A DNA stretch of 64,000 nucleotides from Candidatus Saganbacteria bacterium. GTDB lineage: Bacteria; Margulisbacteria; WOR-1; O2-12-FULL-45-9; XYB2-FULL-48-7. Made by a program: the position numbers and the translations under genes. Below the pieces are notes generated by a model. It was not told the origin of the DNA. It searched no databases and worked only from the letters and a program-made list of their open reading frames with translations. Where the stretch lies: the NCBI GenBank assembly GCA_016939335.1, contig JAFGHC010000039.1, forward strand, positions 2,376 to 66,375, given 5' to 3'. Shown here piece by piece: positions 11,910 to 21,446 of this stretch (positions are counted from its first letter, which is position 1; each line of letters starts with the position of its first letter).

Positions 11910-13066
11910 AAAATATTTCTGCGGATCGTTGCGCTGCCGTTGTGCACTATGATCTGGTCAGCCGCGTCCTGTTCCAGCCGGCCGCTGCCGGCGGCGCAAT
12001 TGGTGACCGAGACCCCCGCCCCGACGCTGAAATATTCCGGATGGGAAAGCAGCCCTGCGTCCGCCGGCCAGAGTACCGAACGGGTGATCCGTGAATTGGC
12101 TCCCACCGTCCAGCCCGAACCGATCACCGCATACGGGCCCAAGAGACTGCCCGCTCCGATGTCGCAATTGTTGCCAATAACGCTCGGGCCGGCGATCCGG
12201 TGGTTGCCGATCCGGTAAGTCCGGCCGGCTGGATAAAAATCGCCAAGGCAGGGGAAGGCCAGCCTTTTCTCCAGCGCCAGCCGCTGGGCGTTCAAATAAT
12301 AGTCCGGCTCGCCGATGTCCGACCAAAGATCGTCAGTGGCGTAGCCCATGAATTTGGCGGCCCGGCTGCCGGCCAGCCAGGGGAAAATGTCCGCGCTAAG
12401 GTCGAGCGGTCGTTCGCCGAACTTATCCCTGACCAGATCGAAAAAATCGGTCTCGAAAAAATAAACTGAAGAGTTCCTGTGCGAACTCAAGGCCAGGGCC
12501 TCCGCCTGCGCCAGCTTGTGGCGGTAATCAATAACACGCCCGCTCTTTTGTCCCGGATTTTCCAGGGCGATTGGCGAACAGCTTCTGATGTCATCGGTGA
12601 TGGGGGTGGAGGCAATGGTAGCCGTTGCGTTTTCCCCCTGGTGATACTCCAGGATGGGGCGGGGATCGATATTGGAAACGATGTCCCCGCTCAAGACCAC
12701 GACGCTCCCCCTGAATCCTTTTGCCATCTCTTCCTCGGCCATTCTCTTTATGTCCCAAAAAGGGTTGGACCTTATGTCCCGGCGGATGACAACTTCCGCC
12801 GGCCCGGCGCTGGGCAGGTGCCGCGCGAACGCGTCGTGCCATTTCCCCGCGATGATGAATATTTTGTCGACCCCCAGGGAGTTCATCATCTTGAGCGACG
12901 AAGAGATCATCGGGCAATTCGTGACCGGAGCGAGGGGTTTTGGCCGGGCATTGATATTGAAATGGTCCGGGGGCAGTTTCTTTTCCAGGCTTACACTGTT
13001 GGGCTTGTCCAACGTTAAAGGATAAAGCCTCGACCCGTGGCCCGCGGCAAGGATAAAACCTATCAT
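11906..13066 (-). CDS. NDP-sugar pyrophosphorylase (Man-1-P guanylyltransferase-like) with hexapeptide tail
   Basis: ILAAGHGSRLYPLT, PKPL, SGDIV, WSDIG, left-handed beta-helix repeats. Confidence 0.88.
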   Translation of the reverse strand: MIGFILAAGHGSRLYPLTLDKPNSVSLEKKLPPDHFNINARPKPLAPVTNCPMISSSLKMMNSLGVDKIFIIAGKWHDAFARHLPSAGPAEVVIRRDIRSNPFWDIKRMAEEEMAKGFRGSVVVLSGDIVSNIDPRPILEYHQGENATATIASTPITDDIRSCSPIALENPGQKSGRVIDYRHKLAQAEALALSSHRNSSVYFFETDFFDLVRDKFGERPLDLSADIFPWLAGSRAAKFMGYATDDLWSDIGEPDYYLNAQRLALEKRLAFPCLGDFYPAGRTYRIGNHRIAGPSVIGNNCDIGAGSLLGPYAVIGSGWTVGANSRITRSVLWPADAGLLSHPEYFSVGAGVSVTNCAAGSGRLEQDAADQIIVHNGSATIRRNIL

Positions 13067-13072
13067 GACTTG

Positions 13073-13100
13073 ATTTCCGCCGATATTAAGGAAAATTTCA
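13073..13100 (-). promoter_or_regulatory. Sigma-28-like promoter motif
   Basis: TGAAATTT-N12-GCGGAAAT, 6 nt before ATG 13066. Confidence 0.55.
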
Positions 13101-13153
13101 TTGAAAATCGCTATACGCTCACCGCTTTGATTTTTTTGTGATAAAATAACTTT

Positions 13154-13891
13154 ATGAACGATTTGGCCGCGATAATTTTAGCCGCCGGCAAAGGGACGCG
13201 GATGAAGTCAGACCTGCCCAAAGTTTTCCACGAGATCCTGGGGGAGCCGATGTTGAGCTATGTCCTGAAGACGGTGGCGAAGCTCGGGCCGGCGAAGACC
13301 ATCGTGGTGGTCGGCCACCGGCGGCGCCTGATCATGGACTATTACAAGGACTGGCCGGTCGAGTTCGCCGTCCAGTCGCCCCAGCTGGGGACCGGGCACG
13401 CCGTCATGCAGGCCGAACCGAAACTGCGGGAGTTTTCCGGGCAGGTGCTGGTCCTGGCCGGCGATGTGCCGCTCATTTCCGAACAGACGATGCGCCAGCT
13501 GGTCGATTTCAATGCCAAAAACAAAGCTGCCGCCACTGATCTGACGGCGGTTTTGCCTGACGCGGGCAATTACGGGAGAATAATCAGAGGTTCAGGAGAT
13601 CAGATCATCAGAATAGTCGAGAAAAAGGACGCTTCGCCGGAAGAGCTGAAGATCAAAGAGATCAACACCGGCACTTTCTGTTTTGAAAAATCCGCTTTAT
13701 TTTCCGCGCTCAAGGAAGTCAAGGCCGAGAACGCCCAGAAAGAGTATTACCTGACCGACACGATCCACATTTTGAGAAAGATGGGCCGGCCGGTCTTTGC
13801 CTTCCCCGCCGCCAACCCCGCCGAGACGCTCGGGATCAACACCAAAGAAGAGCTGGTTGAGATCGAGAAGGCCCTCTTGTCAGCCAAATAG
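13154..13891 (+). CDS. glmU: GlmU N-terminal (uridyltransferase) domain-only protein
   Basis: ILAAGKGTRMKSDLPKV, QLGTGHAV, GDVPL, YGRI, EINTG, NAQKEYYLTD; lacks the acetyltransferase domain. Confidence 0.85.
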   Translation: MNDLAAIILAAGKGTRMKSDLPKVFHEILGEPMLSYVLKTVAKLGPAKTIVVVGHRRRLIMDYYKDWPVEFAVQSPQLGTGHAVMQAEPKLREFSGQVLVLAGDVPLISEQTMRQLVDFNAKNKAAATDLTAVLPDAGNYGRIIRGSGDQIIRIVEKKDASPEELKIKEINTGTFCFEKSALFSALKEVKAENAQKEYYLTDTIHILRKMGRPVFAFPAANPAETLGINTKEELVEIEKALLSAK

Positions 13892-13894
13892 GGT

Positions 13895-14584
13895 TTAATC
13901 GTTGGTCATGTAGAGATAATTGGCATAGCCGCGCAAATTACTTCCCAGGTCTCTCATTCCCGAGACAGCATCTATCACGGCTTTGTCCGGATCAGATAAG
14001 TTAAGTAGAATAGAATATTGAGCGCCGGTCGTGCCTATTACTCCGTATTCGCTGCAGGCGCAAAAATGGGCCCAAAAAGCATAAGTATTTCCTAATTCCC
14101 TGGCGATCTCTTGCTTCTTCGGCTCGAGCAGGGGGAACAACTCGCCAATTATGTCAGAGTCGGGCCTTCTATCTTCTTTTTTAGCGGTTCGGTGATTAAG
14201 GATCCCTTCCCAGACGTTCTTAGCCACCCAATATTTTGGGGCGCGAGGATCATCGGCCGGTTTCGACTCGGCAGCGTCAACAATCATCTGTTGCACAGTG
14301 GTTAAACGTTCTTCGGCATATTCCGCGATCAGGGCAGCCTTTCCCTCGATAGGTAAACTGCCAAAGGTACGCGATACCCGAAGGAACTCCGCTCGCATCT
14401 CTGGGTCACGCTCTGCAATATCGCAGCCAGCCTTGCTTGCAGTGGTAAAGGCCGCCTTTATTTCTTGTAGTGTGAGTTTAGGCGCAACCGCGGCCCCTCC
14501 GCCGGAAGCTTCCGAAGCTGCAAAACACATGGATCTGTAACTAGGCCTGTAGAAACCCGGATGCCATATCGTTTTCATTCCCAT
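13895..14584 (-). CDS. Orphan hypothetical protein
   Basis: 229-aa ORF, GGAGG RBS, lower GC than flanks, sigma-28-like motif upstream. Confidence 0.75.
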   Translation of the reverse strand: MGMKTIWHPGFYRPSYRSMCFAASEASGGGAAVAPKLTLQEIKAAFTTASKAGCDIAERDPEMRAEFLRVSRTFGSLPIEGKAALIAEYAEERLTTVQQMIVDAAESKPADDPRAPKYWVAKNVWEGILNHRTAKKEDRRPDSDIIGELFPLLEPKKQEIARELGNTYAFWAHFCACSEYGVIGTTGAQYSILLNLSDPDKAVIDAVSGMRDLGSNLRGYANYLYMTND

Positions 14585-14634
14585 TTTATTCCTCCGTGCG
14601 GGTAGGGGGAGCCTTGAATTGTGCCCGCAGAAGA

Positions 14635-14662
14635 ATATCAGAAACTTTGCTCAGGGATTTCA
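14635..14662 (-). promoter_or_regulatory. Sigma-28-like promoter motif
   Basis: TGAAATCC-N12-TCTGATAT. Confidence 0.5.
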
Positions 14663-14667
14663 CGCTT

Positions 14668-14776
14668 TTTTTGTGCCCTCAGTGTCCACGGTTAGCGATA
14701 GGTCTTCGTGCCTTGATGGTTAAATTACCCTTTCTGATTTTACCGCCAAGACGCAAAGGCACTAAGGGCACGAATA
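14668..14776. repeat. Degenerate 8-9-mer inverted repeat element (family H)
   Basis: ttgtgccctcagtgtcc...cttcgtgccttgatggttaaa versus tttaccgccaagacgcaaaggcactaagggcacgaa. Confidence 0.6.
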
Positions 14777-14794
14777 AGATGGTATAATTCTGTC

Positions 14795-16570
14795 ATGAAA
14801 CACCGCTTTATGAGCGTCGGCTTTCTCTTTCAGCGCGGCGCCGCCTACGCCGTTGCCACGATCATAATCATCCTGATCTTCAGCCTGGCCGCTATTTTTT
14901 CCGAAATGGTCCTGCAGCCGCTGATCGGTTACTGGTACATAATGGTCACGGCGCTGGTCGCTCTGGCACTCGCCATCCTCTACGCGCCGCTGGTCCGCGG
15001 CTTCGAGAGAGTGACCGACCGCCTCTTTTTCCGCGGCCGCTACGACTATCAGAAGATCCTGCGCAAGATCAGCCATGAGATCGCTTCGGTCATCAAGCTG
15101 GAACAACTGGCCAGGCTGGTCGCCGTCTCCTGCCTCGAAACGATGAAGCTCTCGGAGGTCTCCTTTCTCCTGCCGGACAAGGAAGGGGGGCGCTTCCGCT
15201 CCATCCCGCTCTCGGTCCAGCGCTACAAGAAGCTCGAGCTCGATCTTGACAATCCGATCGTCGCCTGGCTGAACAACGCCCGGGACATCCTGGCCCGTGA
15301 CGAGGTCCGGGTGGCCGAGGTCGCCGCCGCGCTCGACCGGCTCGGCATCCCGGTCTGGGTACCGATCATCGGCAAGAACCGGATGATCGGCATCATCGCC
15401 CTGGGCGGCAAGCTCTCCGGCGACGCTTTCACGCCGGAAGACCTCGGCCTGCTGACCACGCTGGCCAACCAGACCGCCGTCGCCCTCGACAACGCGCGCC
15501 TCTATGACGAGGTCGTGACGATGAAGAATTACAGCGAAGAGATCCTCCAGAGCATGACCAACGGCGTGCTGACGACCGACGCGAAAGGGAGGATCGTGAC
15601 CTACAACAGCATGGCCGAGCGGATCACCGGCCGCAAGCTCGGCGAAGTGATCGGCAAAACTAGCGAGGAGCTCTGGGGCAAGCGCGGCACGATCACCCAG
15701 GCGGTCGAGCAGACGTTCAAAGAGCGCAGTTATCTCAATTACGAGACCGGCATCTCCTCGCCGGAGCGGGGGCTGGTGCCGGTGGCGATCTCGACCACGC
15801 TGCTGCGGGACAGCCAGGGGAAGAAGACCGGCGCGCTGCTCTCGATCCATGACCGGTCTGAGCTCAAGGAACTCGAAGATAAGATTCGGCGGGCCGACAA
15901 GCTGACCGCGCTGGCGACCATGGCGGCCGGCATGGCCCATGAGATCAAGAACCCGCTCTCTTCCATGAAAGTTTTTGCCCAGCTGCTGCCGCTCAAGATC
16001 GACGATCCGGAGTACCGTAAGAAGCTCGAAGAGGTCCTGCCGCGCGAGATCGACCGGATCGACCGGATCGTCGAAAGCCTGCTCGGCTTCGCGCGCGGGG
16101 CGGCGCCGGCCTTTGCGGCGGCCAAGCTCGAGAGCATCCTTGACGAGACCCTGAAATATTTTGCCGACCAGGCGGCCGCGGCCGGCGTCCGCTTTAAAAC
16201 TAATTACGCGCCGCTGCCGGAGATCGAGGTCGACCGCGAGCAGATCGCCCGGGTCTTTTCCAACTTGCTGCTGAACGCGCTCCAGGCGCTGCCCGAGGGC
16301 GGCGAGATCACGGTCACCACCGCGCCCGGCAAAAAAGTCGAGGAACTGCTCCAGACGGTCAAGATCAAGGTCGCTGACACCGGCCACGGCATGCCGGCGG
16401 AGATGCTCAAGAAGCTGTTCGATCCTTTCTTCACGACCAAGTACGGCGGCACGGGGCTCGGCCTGACGATCGCGCACAGCGTTGTCGACGGCCATAAAGG
16501 TTTCATCGATGTCGAGAGCAAAGTCGGCAAAGGGACGACTTTTACCGTCACTTTACCCACTCACCAATGA
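14795..16570 (+). CDS. Membrane sensor histidine kinase (TM-GAF-PAS-HisKA-HATPase)
   Basis: MAHEIKNPL H-box, NLLLNA, DTGHG, FDPFFTTK, GTGLGL. Confidence 0.94.
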   Translation: MKHRFMSVGFLFQRGAAYAVATIIIILIFSLAAIFSEMVLQPLIGYWYIMVTALVALALAILYAPLVRGFERVTDRLFFRGRYDYQKILRKISHEIASVIKLEQLARLVAVSCLETMKLSEVSFLLPDKEGGRFRSIPLSVQRYKKLELDLDNPIVAWLNNARDILARDEVRVAEVAAALDRLGIPVWVPIIGKNRMIGIIALGGKLSGDAFTPEDLGLLTTLANQTAVALDNARLYDEVVTMKNYSEEILQSMTNGVLTTDAKGRIVTYNSMAERITGRKLGEVIGKTSEELWGKRGTITQAVEQTFKERSYLNYETGISSPERGLVPVAISTTLLRDSQGKKTGALLSIHDRSELKELEDKIRRADKLTALATMAAGMAHEIKNPLSSMKVFAQLLPLKIDDPEYRKKLEEVLPREIDRIDRIVESLLGFARGAAPAFAAAKLESILDETLKYFADQAAAAGVRFKTNYAPLPEIEVDREQIARVFSNLLLNALQALPEGGEITVTTAPGKKVEELLQTVKIKVADTGHGMPAEMLKKLFDPFFTTKYGGTGLGLTIAHSVVDGHKGFIDVESKVGKGTTFTVTLPTHQ

Positions 16571-16646
16571 ATATTGGTGAAGTGGGTTTACCCGTCAGGC
16601 AGGGGCTGGTATAATTGGAAAAGTCAAAAGTTAAAAGTCAAAATTT
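16555..16646. repeat. Hairpin ACCCACTCACCAAT..ATTGGTGAAGTGGGT, then CAGGCAGG and AAAGTCA heptamers (family B)
   Basis: Direct reading of 16555-16587 and 16618-16646. Confidence 0.6.
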
Positions 16647-17927
16647 ATGAAGAAAACAATACTTTTAATAACTCATGAGACGCCGGTCGAGCAGGCGGTC
16701 AGAAGTGCGCTGGACGGTTTTAGCATAGAAACAGCCGGCGCCCCCGAAGCCGCCGCTGAAAAGCTGCGCCAGAGCAAGCCCGCCCTCGTCATCCTCGATC
16801 ACGACCTGAAGCAGGACGAGGGCCTCCAGCTCTTCCGCCAGCTCCGGCTGCTGGCGCCCGCCACCGGCTTTATCCTCCTTTCACAGCAGAATGATATCCC
16901 CACCGCGGTGCAGGCGGCCAAGCTCGGCGCGGCCGATTTCCTGCAAAAACCGGCCGGAGCCAAGGCACTGCGGCTCTCCGTCGAGCGGAACCTGGCCGCG
17001 GCCGAAGGATCGGCCCTGGCCGCCGCCGGCCTCCCCTGGCTGCAGGGCGAGAGCCCGGCGCTGAAAAAGATGTTCGAAGCGATCGGCGGCGCGCTGCTGA
17101 CGCGCGCCAGCCTTATTCTGGTGGCGGAGCGGGGGATCGACAAAAGCGATGTGGCCGACTGCATCCACCGGCGCAGTCTCAAGCGCAAAAGCCGCCTGCG
17201 GGTGATCGACCTCGCCTCTTTCCGCCGGGAGGACCTGGAAGGGTCGTTCTGGGCGACGGTGCAGGAGGCGGCGGGGGAGAACCAGGCCGCCGACGAAGAG
17301 GACCGCTGCGGCACGCTTTATCTCGAGAATATCGAAAGTTTGGAAGAGAGCTTCCGCTTGAGCATTTTCGAGTTTTTCAAGGAGAAGAAACCGAAGCTCG
17401 ATCCCGAAGTTCTGATCGTGATCGGCCTCTACGACCCGCATGCTCTGCCGCCCGCGCTGGCCAAACATTACCTGCAGGTGCCGGTCCCGCCGCTCTGCGA
17501 GCGCAGGGGCGACCTGCCGCTTTTGGTCGGCCGCGAGCTGGCGGCGCTCTCGCTCCGGCACGGGAAGAACGTCAACGCTCTCTCCGCCGACCTGCTTTAT
17601 CTTCTCGGTCTTTACGATTTTCCCGGCAATTACCATGAGCTCTCGGCGCTGCTCGAGATCGGCGTGCTGGCGGCCGGCGGCGAGGTGATCGGGCTGGCCG
17701 ACCTGCCGCTCGATTTCCGGACGCTGCTGCAGGCGGCGGTCACCGCGGCGCACGTCAAAGGGGAGTTGAGTTTGGAAGCGGCCCGGCGCTGGCTGGAAAA
17801 GCTGGCTTACAAAACGCTGCTGGCCAAAACGAAGTCCGATCCCGGGGCGGTAGCGCGTTTCCTCGACCTGCCGCGCACGGCGCTGGCCGAGCGGGCGGCC
17901 GAACTAGGCACTGACCTGCTTAATTAA
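16647..17927 (+). CDS. NtrC-like response regulator with degenerate AAA+ domain
   Basis: Receiver (ILD, GAADFLQKP), GTLYL, LCERRGDL, FPGNYHEL, Fis-like HTH; Walker A and GAFTGA not recognisable. Confidence 0.85.
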   Translation: MKKTILLITHETPVEQAVRSALDGFSIETAGAPEAAAEKLRQSKPALVILDHDLKQDEGLQLFRQLRLLAPATGFILLSQQNDIPTAVQAAKLGAADFLQKPAGAKALRLSVERNLAAAEGSALAAAGLPWLQGESPALKKMFEAIGGALLTRASLILVAERGIDKSDVADCIHRRSLKRKSRLRVIDLASFRREDLEGSFWATVQEAAGENQAADEEDRCGTLYLENIESLEESFRLSIFEFFKEKKPKLDPEVLIVIGLYDPHALPPALAKHYLQVPVPPLCERRGDLPLLVGRELAALSLRHGKNVNALSADLLYLLGLYDFPGNYHELSALLEIGVLAAGGEVIGLADLPLDFRTLLQAAVTAAHVKGELSLEAARRWLEKLAYKTLLAKTKSDPGAVARFLDLPRTALAERAAELGTDLLN

Positions 17928-19235
17928 CTCCTCGGCCCGTTCCTTCGTTTTGGCCTCGGCGATGATCCTGACGATCGGTTCGGTGTTGGACGGGCGGATA
18001 TGGATCCAGCCGTCGGGATAGACCGCTTTCACCCCTTCGGTCAGGACAAGGTTGCCGCCGCTGAACACTGCTTTGCTTTTTTCAAGGAAAGCAGCCGCCT
18101 CCGCCTGGCTCCCGCATTCGACTTTCGTCTTGATCATCTCGTAACGGGGGAGTTCGGCCGCGAGCTGCGAAATTTTTTTGCCGCTGCCCGCGACAAGGGA
18201 GAGAATGAGCGCGGCGCCGGAGAGACTGTCGCGGTTCCAGCCGACTCCCGGCAGGATCACCCCGCCGTTCCCTTCGCCGCCGATCACCCCGCCGAGGCGC
18301 TTGAGCTCTTCCGTCACGTTGACCTCGCCGACCTTGGTCCGGACGAGCGTCGCGCCCGCTTCGCGGCAGACATCGTCCATTACCTGGCTGGTCGAAAGAT
18401 TGACGACGACGGTCGGCTGGCCGCCCGGTTTCGTCCCCAGCAGGTATTTGGCCGCCAGGGCGAGCGTCAATTCTTCGCCGATCGCTTCCCCCGTATCGGA
18501 AACGATCGCCAGCCGGTCGGCGTCGGAATCGACGGCAAAACCGAGGTCGGCCTTTTTCTTCCCGACCAGTTCCATCAATTCCCCGAGATTGGCCGCGACC
18601 GGCTCGGGGTCGTGCGGAAAAGGGAGCGTGATGTCGCAGTTGAGCGGCAGGACGCGGCAGCCGAGTTTTTTGAGCAGTTTGACGAGCGCTTCCGAGCCGG
18701 CGCCGTTGCAGCCGTCGACGGCGACCTTGAGCCGCGCTTGTCTGACCGCGACGGCGTCGATCTGCTGTTCCAGCACTTTCTTGATGTGGCAGTCCGTCCC
18801 TTTGCGATAACCGATAACCTTTCCTCCGGGAGCCCGGCGGAACTTCTTCCCCTCATAGATCTTGAGGAAATCGGCCCCTTCCGCCCCGTTAAGGAAAATG
18901 CCGCTCCCGCGCATGAACTTGAGCCCGTTCCACGGCAGGGGATTGTGCGAAGCGGTGATGACGATCCCGCCGGCGGCCGCCAGCTCGCGCGTCATGATCC
19001 CGACGGTCGGCGTCGGCGCGACGCCGAGGTCGATAACTTTGCAGCCGGCCGAAAGGAGCCCGGCGAACATTATCCCTTTGATCGGTTCCGACGAGCGGCG
19101 CGGGTCGGTCCCGATGACGACCGTCCCCCCTTCAAGATAAGTGCCGAACGCTTTGGCCAGGTCGAGGCAGACGTCGGGGGTGAGCGAATCGGGGACGGTC
19201 CCTCTCACGCCGGAGATCGAGATGATGAGTGTCAT
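17904..19235 (-). CDS. glmM: Phosphoglucosamine mutase / phosphohexomutase
   Basis: SGVRG, ITASHNP phosphoserine motif, DSDADR, GGEGNGG, RPSNTEP. Confidence 0.88.
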   Translation of the reverse strand: MTLIISISGVRGTVPDSLTPDVCLDLAKAFGTYLEGGTVVIGTDPRRSSEPIKGIMFAGLLSAGCKVIDLGVAPTPTVGIMTRELAAAGGIVITASHNPLPWNGLKFMRGSGIFLNGAEGADFLKIYEGKKFRRAPGGKVIGYRKGTDCHIKKVLEQQIDAVAVRQARLKVAVDGCNGAGSEALVKLLKKLGCRVLPLNCDITLPFPHDPEPVAANLGELMELVGKKKADLGFAVDSDADRLAIVSDTGEAIGEELTLALAAKYLLGTKPGGQPTVVVNLSTSQVMDDVCREAGATLVRTKVGEVNVTEELKRLGGVIGGEGNGGVILPGVGWNRDSLSGAALILSLVAGSGKKISQLAAELPRYEMIKTKVECGSQAEAAAFLEKSKAVFSGGNLVLTEGVKAVYPDGWIHIRPSNTEPIVRIIAEAKTKERAEELIKQVSA

Positions 19236-19253
19236 GAGGTTATTATAACCAGC

Positions 19254-19313
19254 TGGGCAAGTTTAGGCAAACTTATGAGCGGACAAAGGGCGGGACAAGG
19301 GCAAGGGAAGAAG
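19254..19313. repeat. 11-12-mer GGGC-A-rich repeats (family G, half element)
   Basis: gggcaagtttaggcaaac...gcggacaaagggcgggacaagggcaagggaagaagg. Confidence 0.6.
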
Positions 19314-19358
19314 GTGCGTAACCGCGCCCCGGCCATTCGGGCATTCGCGGCTTATTCT

Positions 19359-20273
19359 TTATCCTTTACTGCCGGCCCTAGCCGCTTCGATCAGGCGCTG
19401 AAAGATCAGTGCGATATCCTTATTAGGGCTGTAAAGAAAGCTGAATTGCGAGTGGTTTTCACGATATGGCCCGTAGATCGGCACGCCGGCTCTGTCAAAA
19501 CCATAAAAATAGACAGGGTCATACCACTTTTTATCCATGGTCAAGCCATTGGTATCCAGATGCTTAAGCGGAACGTCCGCTTCGACGGTCGCCCACCAGG
19601 CATCAAAGTTGTTCGACAGCCAGAGACGGAAGCCCGGGTTGGCCAATGAGAGGGAGACCACAGGCAAAATGACCGACTTGCTGTTATGCGAACCAACCAC
19701 ATTAAAGATGCTCCCCTTTGGATCGGCTGCCAGCCCGGCTGCTCGCAGATCGTCCAGCATATTGAACTGGGCCCTGGCGTTTGATGCCCAGGCGCTGCGG
19801 TTGCCGTCCGGGGGATTGCGTCTGATCCATTGCCCCAGACTCAAGCAATCTTTAGTTTCGCAGAGCGCCGCCGCGGCGACGAGCCGGCCGAAAACAGTTT
19901 CAAAATTCGCGGCGGTAGCAAAGCTGAACGTCGAGCGATCTTCTTCGTAATTTAGGTAGATCGGGAAATTGCTCCCTTCGTAGCGTCCCTCGGAACTGGC
20001 CGGCCGCATTTCTTTGGTGTCCAGCCTGATCTCCCGGGCGAGGCTGACGGAAACCTGCAGCTTGCCCCCGGGCAGTTCGTGCGCGTGCAGCGTCAGGCCG
20101 AGCTGATCGAGTAAGATGGTGGAAACAGGCGAAGAGAAATCCCCCCGGATGTAAGTTCCTGACTGGCAGGCGAACCCGCTGCCAGTCCTGTCAAGCAGAG
20201 TGACTGCGGCCTGCAGCCTCCTGCTTAGGTTTGATCCGGCCGGTTGTGTTGGAGCGGTCCGTTCCATTCTCAT
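19359..20273 (-). CDS. Orphan protein, tandem paralog 2 (internal two-domain repeat)
   Basis: Shares YGPYREN.xQFS and SKG* terminus with 20290-21171; GGAGG RBS. Confidence 0.85.
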   Translation of the reverse strand: MRMERTAPTQPAGSNLSRRLQAAVTLLDRTGSGFACQSGTYIRGDFSSPVSTILLDQLGLTLHAHELPGGKLQVSVSLAREIRLDTKEMRPASSEGRYEGSNFPIYLNYEEDRSTFSFATAANFETVFGRLVAAAALCETKDCLSLGQWIRRNPPDGNRSAWASNARAQFNMLDDLRAAGLAADPKGSIFNVVGSHNSKSVILPVVSLSLANPGFRLWLSNNFDAWWATVEADVPLKHLDTNGLTMDKKWYDPVYFYGFDRAGVPIYGPYRENHSQFSFLYSPNKDIALIFQRLIEAARAGSKG

Positions 20274-20289
20274 AAAATTTCCTCCGTTT

Positions 20290-21171
20290 TTATCCTTTAC
20301 TGCCGACCTTGGCCGCGTCGATCACGCGCTGGCAGAGCGGCAGGAAATTGGCGCCGGCATAACGCAGGCTGAACTGTGCCCGGTTTTCCCTGTACGGACC
20401 GTAAACCGGCGCCGCGGCGTCGCGGAACCCTTTGAAAGCCGATGGCCTTGGCCGGTAAGCCCCCGCCCGACCCAGACGGAGAGCGATGGCCCGCGCGTTA
20501 ACCGACAGATGCGAGCGGAAAAGATCATTGGACAGCCAGCAGTCGAGTGCCAGGTTTGGCAGGGAAAAGCGGACCACGGGCAGGCCGAAAAGCTCCCGGC
20601 CGTAAAAGAGATCATGTTCGCCGATCACGCTGAAAACGCTCTCCGGATCGGCAGCAAGACAGGCGGCGCGCAGCCTCTCCAGCCTGGCGAACTGGCTTCC
20701 GGCTTTTGTTCCCGGGAGAACACACATGGTGTTCCGCTCTGACCATTCAGCCAGACTCAAACTGTGTTCGCCCTGGTGCCTCAAGGCCGCCGCCGCTGCC
20801 ATGACCAGCTGGCCGACGACGGTTACGGGGTTCCAATAGGTAGTAAAGCTGAAGCGCGAGTGATTTTGATGATAGTCCTGATAAAGTGGGAAGCTGTGGC
20901 CTTTATCGCCCGAAAGGTCTTGCTTCTCGGCCGGCAGCGTTCCCGTGGTATCGAAACTTATTTCCCTTCGCGTGGCGACCGACATCATCAGCCTTGGCGA
21001 GACGGCCTCTCGTATCGTTACTTGCAGCCCGACGCCCGGCAGCCAGAAGACCGCGTGGTTTCCGTGGATCATTGTTGAGCCGTGGTGGTCGAGGCCCGCG
21101 GCCGCTTGATGCAATCTATCCAGTTTTGCTCTTGATCTTAAAGTTGTTGTGCCGGTCCGTTCTATGTTCAT
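20290..21171 (-). CDS. Orphan protein, tandem paralog 1
   Basis: As above; near-identical 5' leader GATAAAAACGGAGG(A/G)AATTTTATG. Confidence 0.85.
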   Translation of the reverse strand: MNIERTGTTTLRSRAKLDRLHQAAAGLDHHGSTMIHGNHAVFWLPGVGLQVTIREAVSPRLMMSVATRREISFDTTGTLPAEKQDLSGDKGHSFPLYQDYHQNHSRFSFTTYWNPVTVVGQLVMAAAAALRHQGEHSLSLAEWSERNTMCVLPGTKAGSQFARLERLRAACLAADPESVFSVIGEHDLFYGRELFGLPVVRFSLPNLALDCWLSNDLFRSHLSVNARAIALRLGRAGAYRPRPSAFKGFRDAAAPVYGPYRENRAQFSLRYAGANFLPLCQRVIDAAKVGSKG

Positions 21172-21187
21172 AAAATTCCCTCCGTTT

Positions 21188-21240
21188 TTATCGGGCAGTT
21201 TCCACCTTGAATTTATCTTAACCTTCCGGCGGAAATTTCA
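21188..21240 (-). promoter_or_regulatory. Tandem sigma-28-like promoter motifs
   Basis: TGAAATTT-N12-TAAGATAA (21240-21213) and TAAA-N16-CCCGATAA (21215-21188). Confidence 0.65.
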
Positions 21241-21252
21241 CTTTTTTCAGAC

Positions 21253-21408
21253 AGGGGGCAAGAGAAAAGGCAAGGGAAGGCAAGGAAGGGCGGGATAAAG
21301 GGCAAGACAAAAGGCGCCTTCTGTTCCGCCTTTTGCCCCGCCTTCTGTCCCGCCCTCACGTGCCTTCATGTGCCGTTTGTCCCGCCTTCTGTCCCGCCCT
21401 CTGTCCCC
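21253..21408. repeat. Family G palindromic element
   Basis: agggggcaagagaaaaggcaagggaaggcaagg...aaaaggcgccttctgttccgccttttgccccgcc... centred on GGCGCC. Confidence 0.8.
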
Positions 21409-21446
21409 ATTGCAGTTTTATTTCATTTATATTATATTAATGAGCA

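Noticed and set aside
19359-21171. Diversity-generating retroelement TR/VR pair
   Set aside because: Differences are not adenine-specific and no reverse transcriptase is present
21253-21408. Possible CRISPR array in periodic regions
   Set aside because: Units are 7-12 nt and degenerate, with no unique spacers and no cas genes
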